Assembly: GCA_963743915.1 (NCBI GenBank)
Contig: CAVURN010000001.1
Coordinates: 192,001-256,000 of the forward strand
From: an uncultured Actinomycetota bacterium
GTDB lineage: Bacteria; Actinomycetota; Actinomycetes; JAHEKZ01
DNA: 64,000 bases
Reading direction: 5' to 3'
The notes below the pieces were generated by a model. That model was not told the DNA's origin. It did no database searches and saw only the letters and a list, made by a program, of their open reading frames with translations. This document shows, piece by piece, positions 52,846-64,000 of the stretch. A program made the translations under genes and the position numbers. Position 1 is the stretch's first letter. Each line of letters starts with the position of its first letter.

Positions 52846-53754
52846 GTGTCCGACGATCTTGCCGCGCTTCTGGCTGCCGGTGAACGAGCAGCCTTCCACG
52901 GCCGACCGGCCAGCGGCGTGACCGCCTTGGAGTCGGCCTTCGAGCGCGCGCGCGTGGAGGGCAAGGGAGCGGAGGCCACAGCGGCCGCTTGGCTGCTGGG
53001 TGTGTGCCTGGCGGCTGCGGGCAAGTTCGGGGGGTCCTTGGCGGTCCTCGAGCCACTGGTGGCGGCCGGGACGTCGGACGTGCCCGAGCGGCGGCTGTTC
53101 GCGGCGCTGGCCGCCGCCACCTCGGCGTCGGTCCGTCGCCAGCTCGGTCAGCAGGCGGAGGCCAAGGCGCTGGACGAGGCCGCTTACACCTACAGCGACG
53201 GAGCGCCCGAGGCATCCTTCGACGCTCTGGTCGGCCTCGCCGCAGACGCGGTGACGGTCGATGACGCGGTCACGGCGGGTCAGCTGGTGGAGCAGGCGCG
53301 CGCCCTGGCTGCCGGTCACGGAGATTGGTGGCGGCAACGGGTACGGCTGGCGTGGGTCGAAGGCGAAGTGGCCCTGCTCGTCGGCGAGCCCGCCCGGGCC
53401 GAGGAGGTGCTCACCGCCGCCGTACAGCTCGCGGAGGTGTCGGGGGCGCCCCGCCATGTGGCCAAGACGCTGCTGCTCGTGGCCGTCGCCCAGGTCCAGT
53501 CCGGACGGCTGGCGGAGGCCGAAGGCACCTTGCGGCGGGCCGCCACGCTCGCGGAGAGCCTCGGCGCCCTGCCGACGCTGTGGCCGTCGCGGGCGCTGCT
53601 CGGAGCCCTGCTGGAGGAGACCGCTCCCGCGGAGTCGGCGAAGTCGCTGGCGTCCGCCCGTAGCGGCGTCATCGCCATCGCCGACGACCTGCCTGACGAC
53701 CTGCGGGACATCTGGCTGGACCGCCCTGACGTCGCCGCCCTGCTGGGTGGGTGA
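52846..53754 (+). CDS. Helical-repeat (TPR-like) protein, Rv3415c-like
   Basis: SVRRQLG, DALVGLAADA, RLAWVEGEVAL and RHVAKT motifs, plus position between whiB3 and sigD, match my recollection of mycobacterial Rv3415c. Confidence 0.7.
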   Translation: MSDDLAALLAAGERAAFHGRPASGVTALESAFERARVEGKGAEATAAAWLLGVCLAAAGKFGGSLAVLEPLVAAGTSDVPERRLFAALAAATSASVRRQLGQQAEAKALDEAAYTYSDGAPEASFDALVGLAADAVTVDDAVTAGQLVEQARALAAGHGDWWRQRVRLAWVEGEVALLVGEPARAEEVLTAAVQLAEVSGAPRHVAKTLLLVAVAQVQSGRLAEAEGTLRRAATLAESLGALPTLWPSRALLGALLEETAPAESAKSLASARSGVIAIADDLPDDLRDIWLDRPDVAALLGG

Positions 53755-53796
53755 CGTGACCGAGGATCGTCGCCGAGGAGCCGAGGCATCTGAGCG

Positions 53797-53825
53797 CTCA
53801 CGATCGGGCCCCCACGTGCCGAAAG
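53797..53825 (+). promoter_or_regulatory. Candidate sigma28/WhiG-type promoter of bldM
   Basis: CTCA-N17-GCCGAAAG. Confidence 0.5.
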
Positions 53826-53901
53826 AAGTCGAGAGACAGTCGGGACCCCCTCACCCGAGAACAGCGACGCGCCCGCATGACGGGCGCTGCAAGGAGGCGC
53901 C

Positions 53902-54513
53902 GTGACCACCGTGCTGGTGTGCGACGACTCACCGCTTGCCCGTGAGACGCTGCGTCGCGCCGTGGCCGCGGTCCCGGGTGTCGACCGGGTGACCGTGGCC
54001 GGCAGCGGCGAAGAGGTGCTGAGCCGGTGGGCGGGGGAACGCCCCGACCTCGTGCTCATGGACGTGCGGATGCCGGGGCTCGGCGGGGTGGAGGCCGCTC
54101 GCCGACTCGTCGCCACCTACCCGGACGCCGCGGTCGTCATGCTGACGATGGCCGAGGACCAGGACGGTGTCGCCCGCGCGGTCGCCAGCGGTTCCCGTGG
54201 GTACCTGGTCAAGGACGCCACCCGCGAAGAGCTGACAGCCACCGTCTCCTACGCCCTTGCCGAGGCCACCTGGCGACGCGTCCCGCGTCGGGCCCAGCCG
54301 GTCGAGATGGGGGCACCGCCCACCCTGACCGAGCGCGAGCTGCAGGTGCTCGGCGGAATGTCCCGGGGACGGAGCAACGCGGAGATCGGCCGGGAGCTCT
54401 ATCTGTCGGAGGACACGGTCAAGACCCACGCCCGTCGACTCTTCCGCAAGGTCGGTGCCGCCGACCGCGCGCAGGCGGTGGCCATGGGGTTCCGCTGGGG
54501 CCTGGTGCGCTGA
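53902..54513 (+). CDS. bldM: NarL-family orphan response regulator BldM
   Basis: 203 aa, VLVCDDSPLARE...MDVRMPGLGGVE...SEDTVKTHARRLFRK...GFRWGLVR; whiD-bldM-sigma-guaB synteny as in Streptomyces. Confidence 0.9.
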   Translation: MTTVLVCDDSPLARETLRRAVAAVPGVDRVTVAGSGEEVLSRWAGERPDLVLMDVRMPGLGGVEAARRLVATYPDAAVVMLTMAEDQDGVARAVASGSRGYLVKDATREELTATVSYALAEATWRRVPRRAQPVEMGAPPTLTERELQVLGGMSRGRSNAEIGRELYLSEDTVKTHARRLFRKVGAADRAQAVAMGFRWGLVR

Positions 54514-54561
54514 CCGACGCGAGGGGGTGAACACGCGGCCACGCGGTGGTCGGGTGATGAC

Positions 54562-55173
54562 ATGAGCAGCGATGTAACGCCACGCTCGGCAGCAGCGATC
54601 CTCCACCGAACGGAGGACGGTGATCTCCGTGACCTCGTCGCACGAGCTGCCGCAGGCGAGAACGAGGCGGCCGAGGCGTTGCTCACCCATCTCCGTCCGC
54701 TGGTGGTTCGCTACTGCCGTGGCCGTCTCGGACGTGCTCCGGCAGCCGACTTTGCCGCAGACGATGCGGCGCAGGAGGTCCTGCTCGCTGTGCTGAACGC
54801 GCTTCCCCGCTACCGGGACGAGGGACGGCCCTTCGAGGCCTTCGTCTTCGGGATTGCCGCGCACAAGGTGGCGGACGTCCAGCGTGCCGCGTTCCGCAAC
54901 GCCATCCCCACCGATGAGATGCCCGACGGGGCCGACTTGAACATGACTCCCGAGGAGCGGGTGGTCCAGGCGGGTGACGTCCAGCTCGCGCAGGCGCTGC
55001 TCGAGCGGCTCCCCGAGTCCTTGCGGGAGCTGCTGCTGCTGCGCGTGGCGGTCGGGCTGTCGGCGGAGGAGACCGGACGGGCGCTCGGGATGACCCCCGG
55101 GGCGGTCCGTGTCGCACAGCACCGGGCTCTGACGCGCCTGCGCGCCTACGCCGCCGAGGAGGTGGCCGTCTGA
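54562..55173 (+). CDS. shbA: ECF sigma factor, ShbA/SigD type
   Basis: [50 protein letters not shown]. Confidence 0.85.
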   Translation: MSSDVTPRSAAAILHRTEDGDLRDLVARAAAGENEAAEALLTHLRPLVVRYCRGRLGRAPAADFAADDAAQEVLLAVLNALPRYRDEGRPFEAFVFGIAAHKVADVQRAAFRNAIPTDEMPDGADLNMTPEERVVQAGDVQLAQALLERLPESLRELLLLRVAVGLSAEETGRALGMTPGAVRVAQHRALTRLRAYAAEEVAV

Positions 55174-56103
55174 TGACGCGCACCCCCGACGCCGATGTGC
55201 TTGGCCCTTCAGCATGACGGCGCACTGATCAGTGCCCTGGCGGTGCGCGGTGACCTCGACGGCTTTGCCGACGACCCCATGGCCGAGCCTGCTGGGCGCA
55301 TGGGTGAAGAGCATCGACGCAGGGGATCGACGACAGCGGGTCGTCCTGGGTGGTGCCTGAACAGCCGCCGACGCCGGTCACCCCCATTCGCCACCGGGGA
55401 CGCGCCGGGCTGGTCGCCGGCGTCACCGCAGCAGTTCTGGTGGTCTCCAGCGGTGCAGCCGCTGCTGTCACCGGGGACGCGCTGGCGATCGTGCGCGCGC
55501 CGATCGAGGCCCTCGGGCGGGTCAGCGCCTTCGGAGTGGGACAGGAAGACGCGAAGGACGTCGTCTGCCCCGAACCGGCATCGCCCGTGGCGGAGCCGAA
55601 CAAGCTTCTCGCCGATGCTCAGCGCGCACTGGCACAAGGGGACACCGAGGAGGCTGCCCGGCTCCTGGCCCAGGCTCAGGGGCTGCTCGGCGACGCGGCC
55701 AACCCCGGCCAGCAGCACCGGATCGACAAGCTCACCGCCCAGCTTGGGGACGACCACCAGGCCAGGGCGTGGCAAGGGCAAGGACGCGAACCAGGGCAAG
55801 GGCAAGGACGCCAACCAGGGCAAGGGCAAGGACGCGAACCAGGGCAAGGGCAAGGACGCGAACCAGGGCAAGGGCAAGGACGCGAACCAGGGCAAGGCCA
55901 AGGACGCGAACCAGGGCAAGGCCAAGGGTGCCGACCAGGGCGGCGATGCCGCAGCGGGAGCCACCAGTGGCACGGCAAGGACCGGAGAGCCCAACGAGCC
56001 GGTGGATCCACCGGTGACGCCGGAGGGCACGAGCAAGAGCACGTCCGGCAAGAGCTCGCCCAAGACCAGTGGTCAGGGCAAGTCCGGCGGGCAGAAGACC
56101 TAG
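55173..56103 (+). pseudogene. RsdA-like anti-sigma factor broken by four apparent +1 indels (pseudogene or sequence error)
   Basis: TGATG coupling to the sigma gene; corrected reading [26 protein letters not shown]...DDPMAELLGAWVKSID...RHRGR-TM helix...Gly/Lys tail; shifts near 55201, 55289, 55323 and 55748. Confidence 0.65.
55771..55938 (+). repeat. Tandem repeat, 7 x 24 bp (GKGKDANQ)
   Basis: Unit GGCAAGGGCAAGGACGCGAACCAG starting at 55771, 55795, 55819, 55843, 55867, 55891 and 55915; the last two units are the most diverged. Confidence 0.95.
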
Positions 56104-57702
<1,599 letters not shown>

Positions 57703-57732
57703 CGGCGCACCACCTTGGAGAGGTTGTCCCGT

Positions 57733-58842
57733 ATGGGAGAGATGGAGATCGGGCGCGGCAAACGAGGCCGCTCCGCCTGGCGGTTCGACGACATCGCGAT
57801 CGTGCCGCACCGCCGCACCCGCGACCCCGAAGAGGTCTCCATCGCCTGGCAGATCGACGCCTACCGGTTCGAGCTGCCACTGATGGCCGCACCGATGGAC
57901 TCGGTGGTGTCCCCCCAGACCGCGATCACCATCGGACGCCTGGGCGGGCTCGGCGTCCTGAACCTCGAGGGGTTGTGGACGCGGTACGACGACCCTGAGC
58001 CGCTCCTGGCCGAGATCGCCGGGCTCGAGGACGGCGAGGTCACCTCGCGGATGCAGCAGCTGTACGCCGAGCCGATCCGTGAGGACCTCATCGTCCGGCG
58101 CATCGCTGAGGTCCGTGAGGCGGGGGTCAGCACAGCCGCTGCCCTGTCGCCTCAGCGCACCAAGCAGTTCTGGAAGACGGTGGTCGACGCCGGCGTCGAC
58201 CTGTTCGTCATCCGTGGCACGACGGTGTCGGCGGAGCACGTGTCGAGCCAGTCCGAGCCGCTCAACCTCAAGCAGTTCATCTACGAGCTCGACGTGCCGG
58301 TCGTCGTCGGCGGCGTTGCGACGTACACCGCAGCCCTGCACCTGATGCGGACCGGAGCGGCCGGTGTCCTCGTCGGCTTCGGTGGAGGCGCCGCGCACAC
58401 CACGCGTGACGTCCTCGGTGTCGCCGTGCCGATGGCGACAGCGGTAGCCGATGTCGCGGCGGCGCGACGCGACTACATGGACGAGTCAGGCGGCCGCTAC
58501 GTGCACGTCATCGCGGACGGTGGCGTGGGCAAGAGCGGAGACATCGCCAAGGCGATCGCCTGCGGTGCGGACGCGGTGATGATGGGCTCACCGCTGGCGC
58601 GGGCCACGGACGCCCCCGGAGCGGGCTGGCACTGGGGAACCGAGGCCCACCATCACCAGCTCCCCCGCGGGGAGCGGGTCCACGTCGGACTGGTCGGCAC
58701 GCTGGAGGAGGTGCTCGTGGGTCCGTCCCGGGCACCCGACGGCTCGATGAACCTCTTCGGCGCGCTGCGCCGGGCCATGGCGACGACTGGCTACTCCGAC
58801 CTCAAGGAGTTCCAGCGGGTCGAGATCACCGTCCTGCCCTGA
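57733..58842 (+). CDS. guaB3: GuaB3-family IMPDH-related protein
   Basis: EIGRGKRGR, RRTRDPEEVS, LNLEGLWTRY; lacks the catalytic Cys loop. Confidence 0.93.
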   Translation: MGEMEIGRGKRGRSAWRFDDIAIVPHRRTRDPEEVSIAWQIDAYRFELPLMAAPMDSVVSPQTAITIGRLGGLGVLNLEGLWTRYDDPEPLLAEIAGLEDGEVTSRMQQLYAEPIREDLIVRRIAEVREAGVSTAAALSPQRTKQFWKTVVDAGVDLFVIRGTTVSAEHVSSQSEPLNLKQFIYELDVPVVVGGVATYTAALHLMRTGAAGVLVGFGGGAAHTTRDVLGVAVPMATAVADVAAARRDYMDESGGRYVHVIADGGVGKSGDIAKAIACGADAVMMGSPLARATDAPGAGWHWGTEAHHHQLPRGERVHVGLVGTLEEVLVGPSRAPDGSMNLFGALRRAMATTGYSDLKEFQRVEITVLP

Positions 58843-58852
58843 GGGGGACGCG

Positions 58853-60634
58853 TCAGTCCTCGTCGCGCCAGCTGCGCCAGAGGGCGGCGTAGGCGCCGCC
58901 TGCGCTCACCAGCTCGTCGTGCGTGCCGGCCTCGGCGATCTTCCCGTCCTCGACGACGATCACCCGCTCTGCGTCGTGCGCGGTCATCAGCCGGTGGGCG
59001 ATCGCGATCACCGTCCGTCCCTCGAGCACCGCGGCCAGCGACTGCTCCAGGTGACGGGCGGCGCGAGGGTCGAGCAGCGACGTGGCCTCGTCGAGCACGA
59101 GCGTGTCGGGGTCTGCGAGCACGAGCCGCGCGAGCGCGAGCTGCTGCGCCTGGGCAGGCGTGAGCTTGTGGCGTCCGGTGCCGACCTCGGTGAGCAGGCC
59201 CTTCGGCAGCGCATGGGCCCACTCGGCGGCGTCCACCGCACCCAGGGACTCCCACAGCTCGGTGTCGGACGCCCCGGGCCGTGCGAGCAGCAGGTTGTCG
59301 CGGAGCGTCCCGATGAAGACGTGGTGCTCCTGGGTCACCAGAGCCACATGCCGGCGGACGATCTCGGTCGGCAGCTTGGCCAGCGTCACTCCGCCCATGT
59401 CGATCGTTCCGGTACGGGGAGCATGCAGTCCGGCCAGCAGGCGGCCGAGCGTGGACTTGCCCGCCCCGGACGGCCCGACCATGGCAATGCGCTCACCCGG
59501 GGCGACGTCGAGGTCGACGCCGTGCAGCACGTCGCGCCCTTCCCGGTAGCCGTACCGCACCTCGCGGGCGTGCAGGTCGGAGGTCTCGGGCTCGCGTGAC
59601 CCGTCCGTCTCGGGGTCGGGTACGTCATGGACGCCGATCAGTCGCGCCATCGACGCCTGACCGACCTGCAGCTCGTCGTACCACATCAGGATGATGTCGA
59701 CCGGCTCGATGAGCATCTGCGTGTAGAGCACCGCGGCGGTGACCTGCGCCAGCGACACCTGGTCGGTGGTGTAGAGCCAGCCACCGAGCGCGAGCACCGC
59801 GGCGAGCGGAATCACGTACGAGATCTCGACCGACGGGAAGAAGACCGTCCGCAGGTAGAGCGTGTAGCGCTCCCAGCTGACCCATCGACCGATCGCGCGG
59901 TCCGTCCGTCGGACCCGCGCGGGTCCGAGCCGGTACGCCTCGACCGTCCGGCCCGCGTCGACGGTCTCGGCCACACCGGCGTTGACGGCGGCGTAGGACG
60001 CCATCTCCTGCCGGTAGCCGTGGGGTGCCCGCTTGAAGTACCAGCGGGTGACGACCAGGATCACCGGCAGCGCGAAGAGCCAGGACGCGGCCAGGATGGG
60101 CGCGGTGAACAGCAGCGCAGCCAGCACCAGGGTGGCGGTGACGAGGGCGATCGCGATCTCGGGCACGGCCAGGCGCACCGCCCACGAGAGCCGGTCGACG
60201 TCGGTGGTGGTGCGGGTGACGAGGTCGCCGGTGCCGGCGCGCTCGACCACGCCGGGTGGCAGCGCCACGACACGGGTGAGGAAGTCCTCGCGAAGGTCGG
60301 CGAGGATCGATTCGCCGAGCACCGCGCCACGGATGCGTGCCCAGCGCGTGAAGGCGGTCTGGATGAGGAGCGCGACCACGAAGATGCCGGCAGCCTTGTT
60401 GACGTAGGCGGCGTCGATCCCGTTGTCGAGCTGCTCGACAAGGTCACCGAGGATCTGTGGGCCGACGATCGAGGCTGCCGCGGCGACCGCGTTGAGCCCG
60501 ACCAGCGCGAGGAAGGTGCCCCTGCGCCGTCGGAGCAGCTGCATCACGTACCGACGGACCGAGGCCGGGCTCGACACGGGTAGCTTGCCCTCGCTGCTCT
60601 TCTCGCTGACGGCGAGCGTCTCAGGCGGCCTCAT
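58853..60634 (-). CDS. ABC exporter, fused TMD-NBD (degenerate signature)
   Basis: Six TM helices, GPSGAGKS, LTPAQAQQ signature, LDEATS. Confidence 0.93.
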   Translation of the reverse strand: MRPPETLAVSEKSSEGKLPVSSPASVRRYVMQLLRRRRGTFLALVGLNAVAAAASIVGPQILGDLVEQLDNGIDAAYVNKAAGIFVVALLIQTAFTRWARIRGAVLGESILADLREDFLTRVVALPPGVVERAGTGDLVTRTTTDVDRLSWAVRLAVPEIAIALVTATLVLAALLFTAPILAASWLFALPVILVVTRWYFKRAPHGYRQEMASYAAVNAGVAETVDAGRTVEAYRLGPARVRRTDRAIGRWVSWERYTLYLRTVFFPSVEISYVIPLAAVLALGGWLYTTDQVSLAQVTAAVLYTQMLIEPVDIILMWYDELQVGQASMARLIGVHDVPDPETDGSREPETSDLHAREVRYGYREGRDVLHGVDLDVAPGERIAMVGPSGAGKSTLGRLLAGLHAPRTGTIDMGGVTLAKLPTEIVRRHVALVTQEHHVFIGTLRDNLLLARPGASDTELWESLGAVDAAEWAHALPKGLLTEVGTGRHKLTPAQAQQLALARLVLADPDTLVLDEATSLLDPRAARHLEQSLAAVLEGRTVIAIAHRLMTAHDAERVIVVEDGKIAEAGTHDELVSAGGAYAALWRSWRDED

Positions 60635-62343
60635 GATTCCTGTCCTCGCGTCACGGTGCTCCGGTACTCGGCGTTCTCGCGGAGCAGCTGACGGTGGTGG
60701 CCGGTGGCCCGCACCTGGCCCGCTGCGAGGAAGACCACGGTGTCCACGTGGTCGAGCAGCAGGGGGCTCGTGGTGAACACGAGGGTCGTGCGACCGGCTC
60801 GGGCCTCCCGAAGGCGCTGTCCGATCCGGGCCTCGGTGTGGGCGTCAACTGCGCTGGTCGGCTCATCGAGGATCAGCACGTCGGGGTCGGCGACGAGGGA
60901 GCGGGCGAGTGCCAGGCGCTGACGCTGGCCTCCGGACAACGAGCGGCCCCGCTCGGGCAGGTCGGTGGCGAGCCCGTCGGGCAGCGCGTCCACCACGTCC
61001 ATGGCGGACGCCGTCTCGAGCGCCTCGTCCACGCCGATCCGACCGGTGCGGGGGATGTCGAAGAGGTCCTCGGCCGCGCCGGAGAGGATCATCGGGTCCT
61101 TGTCCTGCACGAGGACGCGCTCACGCACGATGTCGAGCGGCAGCTTCTCCAGCGGCGTTCCGTCGAGGGAGACGTCCGACTCGCGGTAGCGGCCGAGGCG
61201 GTCGATCAGGATCTCGGACTCGTCCGGGTCGTCGGTGACGACGGCGGTGATCCGCCCGGCATGGGCGACCAGCCCGGACTGGGGGTCGACGAGGTCACCG
61301 CTGATGAACCGCGTGCCCTCGGCGGCGTCGGACTCCTCGACCTCGTCGAACGCACGCTCGAGGGTCAGGACCCGTACGACCCGGGCTGCGGCGACGCGAG
61401 CAGCCGTCCACTTGTGTGCGGCCTCGGTGACGGTGCGCAGCGGAAGCACCAGGAACGCGGTGTACCCGTAGAAGGCCACGAGCTGACCCACCGTGAGCTT
61501 GCCGTCGATGGCGAGCAGAGCGCCCAGCCACGTGACGATGACGGTGAACAAGCCGGGCAGGAACACCTGCATGGCATCGAGCAGCGCCCGGATCCGCGCC
61601 GTGAGCACCGCGGCGTCCTGCACCTCTTGGGATGCGGCGCGAAAGCGCTGCAGGAAGAGGTCCTCACCGCCGATGCCGCGCAGCACCCGCAGACCGGCGA
61701 CCGTGTCGGCGGCGAGCTCCTGGGTGATGCCCAAGTGGGCACGCTGGGTGCGCTCGCGCCGCTCGAGAGGGCGGACGAGCGGAGCCACCGCCAGGGAGAG
61801 CAGCGGGACGCCGACCAGGACGATCACGCCGAGCATCACGTTGGTCCAGATCAAGATCGCCGCGACGCCGAAGAAGGCGATGATCGCCCCGACCAGTCGC
61901 GGCAGGATGTCGAACGCGTTGCCGATCCGTTCCACGTCGTTTGCGGACGCGGCGACGACCTCACCGGTGGCCACCTGCTTGGGCAGGTCGGCTCCGAGAT
62001 CGGCGGCCCGGCGGATCAGCAGCTGCTGGACGCGGGAGCCCGCGGTGATCCAGTTGGCGACCGCGTAGCGGTGCCGGACCAGACCCGCACCGGCCTGCAG
62101 GACCCCGAGGGCCAGCACGACGCCGGCCCACCGGAGCGCGCGCGCCTCGTCCTGGTCGGCGATGGCCTGCACGCCCGCGCCGAGCGCACCGGGGATGAGG
62201 GCCTGCCCCACCATCCACAGGACACCCCAGATCACGGCGACGCCGATCAGCCGACGCTGCTGCACCCCGATCCACCGGAGGAAGCGCCCAGGCGTCGTCA
62301 GGACCGGGTCGCCGGGATCGGCGAGCGGCAGGTTCTGGAGCAT
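60631..62343 (-). CDS. ABC exporter, fused TMD-NBD (degenerate Walker A)
   Basis: TM domain, LSGGQRQR, LDEPTS; Walker A replaced by VTDDPDES; ATGA coupling to the partner gene. Confidence 0.92.
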   Translation of the reverse strand: MLQNLPLADPGDPVLTTPGRFLRWIGVQQRRLIGVAVIWGVLWMVGQALIPGALGAGVQAIADQDEARALRWAGVVLALGVLQAGAGLVRHRYAVANWITAGSRVQQLLIRRAADLGADLPKQVATGEVVAASANDVERIGNAFDILPRLVGAIIAFFGVAAILIWTNVMLGVIVLVGVPLLSLAVAPLVRPLERRERTQRAHLGITQELAADTVAGLRVLRGIGGEDLFLQRFRAASQEVQDAAVLTARIRALLDAMQVFLPGLFTVIVTWLGALLAIDGKLTVGQLVAFYGYTAFLVLPLRTVTEAAHKWTAARVAAARVVRVLTLERAFDEVEESDAAEGTRFISGDLVDPQSGLVAHAGRITAVVTDDPDESEILIDRLGRYRESDVSLDGTPLEKLPLDIVRERVLVQDKDPMILSGAAEDLFDIPRTGRIGVDEALETASAMDVVDALPDGLATDLPERGRSLSGGQRQRLALARSLVADPDVLILDEPTSAVDAHTEARIGQRLREARAGRTTLVFTTSPLLLDHVDTVVFLAAGQVRATGHHRQLLRENAEYRSTVTRGQES

Positions 62344-62442
62344 GACCTCCCCACGCTAGGGGAGAGCCCACCCCGCGGGCCAACGACTTTGCCGCGCCGA
62401 CGCCCGGCATCTCGCCGCTCGGACCGCCGGTAGGATCGGCGA

Positions 62443-64000
62443 GTGACAGCGGAGAGCTTCGACACCGTCCTCGTCGTCGACTTCGGCGCCCAGTACGCGC
62501 AGCTGATCGCGCGCCGCGTCCGCGAGGCTCGCGTCTACAGCGAGATCGTCCCCCACTCGATGCCCGTGGCCGAGATGCTCGCCAAGCGGCCGGCAGCGAT
62601 CATCCTCTCCGGCGGACCCAGCAGCGTGTACGCCGACGGTGCCCCGCAGGTGGACGCCGCCCTGTTCACCGCGGGCGTCCCGGCGTTCGGCATCTGCTAC
62701 GGCTTCCAGGCCATGGCTCAGGCGCTCGGTGGCGAGGTCGCCCACACCGGCACGTCGGAGTTCGGCGGCACGCCGCTCCGCGTCGTCGATCGCGAGTCAG
62801 CACTGTTCGCCGGTCTTCCGGACGACCTCTCGGTGTGGATGTCCCACGGTGACTCGGTCACCGTCGCCCCCGAAGGGTTCTCGGTCACCGCCATGAGCGA
62901 AGGCGCGCCAGTGGCAGCCTTCGAGGACGTCGAGCAGCAGCTCGCGGGCGTGCAGTTCCACCCCGAGGTGATGCACTCCCAGCACGGGCAGCGCGTGCTC
63001 GAGCACTTCCTGTTCGAGGTGGCGCGCTGCCGCCCCACCTGGACGATGAGCAACGTCATCGACGAGCAGGTGGACGCGATCCGCGGCCAGGTCGGCGACA
63101 AGCTCGTCATCTGCGGCCTGTCCGGCGGCGTCGACTCGGCCGTGGCCGCCGCCCTCGTGCAGCGTGCCATCGGTGACCAGCTCACCTGTGTCTTCGTCAA
63201 CCACGGACTGCTGCGCGCCGGTGAGGCCGAACAGGTCGAGAAGGACTTCGTGTCCGCCACCGGTGTCCGGCTCAAGGTCGTGCACGCCGAACGGCGGTTC
63301 CTGGACGCGCTCATCGGGGTCACCGACCCCGAGCAGAAGCGCAAGATCATCGGCCGCGAGTTCATTCGGGTCTTCGAGGACGCCGCCGCCGAGGTCGTGG
63401 CGGAGGCGGGCGCGCACGGTGAGCAGGTGGAGTTCCTGGTGCAGGGCACCCTCTACCCCGACGTCGTCGAGAGCGGTGGCGGCACCGGCACCGCGAACAT
63501 CAAGAGCCACCACAACGTGGGCGGGCTGCCCGAGGACCTGCAGTTCCAGCTCGTGGAGCCGCTCCGCGCCCTGTTCAAGGACGAGGTGCGCGCAGTGGGT
63601 GAGCAGCTCGGCCTGCCCGCCGAGATCGTCTGGCGCCACCCGTTCCCCGGCCCGGGCCTCGGCATCCGCATCATCGGCGAGGTCACCTACGACCGTCTCG
63701 AGACGCTGCGCGCCGCGGACGCCATCGCCCGCGAGGAGCTCACGCGCGCGGGCCTCGACCACGACGTCTGGCAGTTCCCGGTCGTGCTGCTCGCGGACGT
63801 GCGGTCGGTCGGCGTGCAGGGCGACGGTCGCACCTACGGGCATCCCGTCGTGCTGCGCCCGGTGTCGAGCGAGGACGCCATGACCGCCGACTGGTCGCGG
63901 CTGCCCTACGACGTCATCGCGCGCATCTCGACCCGCATCACCAACGAGGTGCGCGAGGTCAACCGGGTGGTGCTCGACGTCACCAGCAAGCCGCCGGGCA
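62443..64000 (+). CDS. guaA: GMP synthase (glutamine-hydrolysing), 3'-partial
   Basis: [56 protein letters not shown]; no stop inside the window. Confidence 0.98.
   Translation, partial: MTAESFDTVLVVDFGAQYAQLIARRVREARVYSEIVPHSMPVAEMLAKRPAAIILSGGPSSVYADGAPQVDAALFTAGVPAFGICYGFQAMAQALGGEVAHTGTSEFGGTPLRVVDRESALFAGLPDDLSVWMSHGDSVTVAPEGFSVTAMSEGAPVAAFEDVEQQLAGVQFHPEVMHSQHGQRVLEHFLFEVARCRPTWTMSNVIDEQVDAIRGQVGDKLVICGLSGGVDSAVAAALVQRAIGDQLTCVFVNHGLLRAGEAEQVEKDFVSATGVRLKVVHAERRFLDALIGVTDPEQKRKIIGREFIRVFEDAAAEVVAEAGAHGEQVEFLVQGTLYPDVVESGGGTGTANIKSHHNVGGLPEDLQFQLVEPLRALFKDEVRAVGEQLGLPAEIVWRHPFPGPGLGIRIIGEVTYDRLETLRAADAIAREELTRAGLDHDVWQFPVVLLADVRSVGVQGDGRTYGHPVVLRPVSSEDAMTADWSRLPYDVIARISTRITNEVREVNRVVLDVTSKPPG

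Noticed and set aside
55771-55938. Possible CRISPR array
   Set aside because: Head-to-tail 24-bp units without spacers, coding in frame, and no cas genes
58853-62343. Degenerate ATPase motifs in the two ABC genes as pseudogene signs
   Set aside because: Complementary degeneracy (one lacks Walker A, the other lacks LSGGQ) leaves one consensus site, typical of asymmetric heterodimeric exporters

Overview
High-GC actinomycete chromosomal core region. It runs from the 3' end of rpoB through rpoC, the str, S10, spc and alpha ribosomal operons, truA, rplM-rpsI, glmM-glmS-acpS-nnr-alr-tsaE-tsaB-rimI-tsaD, CIRCE-controlled groES-groEL1, a whiD/whiB3 - CarH-like - Rv3415c-like - bldM - sigD/shbA - rsdA-like regulatory block, guaB-guaB3, a heterodimeric ABC exporter and a 3'-truncated guaA. 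Small accessory insertions interrupt the core: two secreted proteins, tauE, an ECF sigma cassette, an orphan arcC, an ABC-F, an MFS, a GNAT and an ABM protein. I found no tRNA, rRNA, IS element, integrase or CRISPR array. About ten single-base indels, several in essential genes, look like consensus errors. The most interesting signals are non-coding. A near-identical 26-nt GACACACC-containing module is shared by the rpsL and rpsJ leaders. Paired sigma28/WhiG-like promoters sit in a developmental regulator block that also carries a B12-binding MerR regulator. The rpoC stop and terminator are duplicated around a gene remnant, tandem CymR/Rrf2-like operators precede tauE, and long REP-like hairpins mark accessory-gene junctions. 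All family assignments come from motif recognition and synteny, not database searches.
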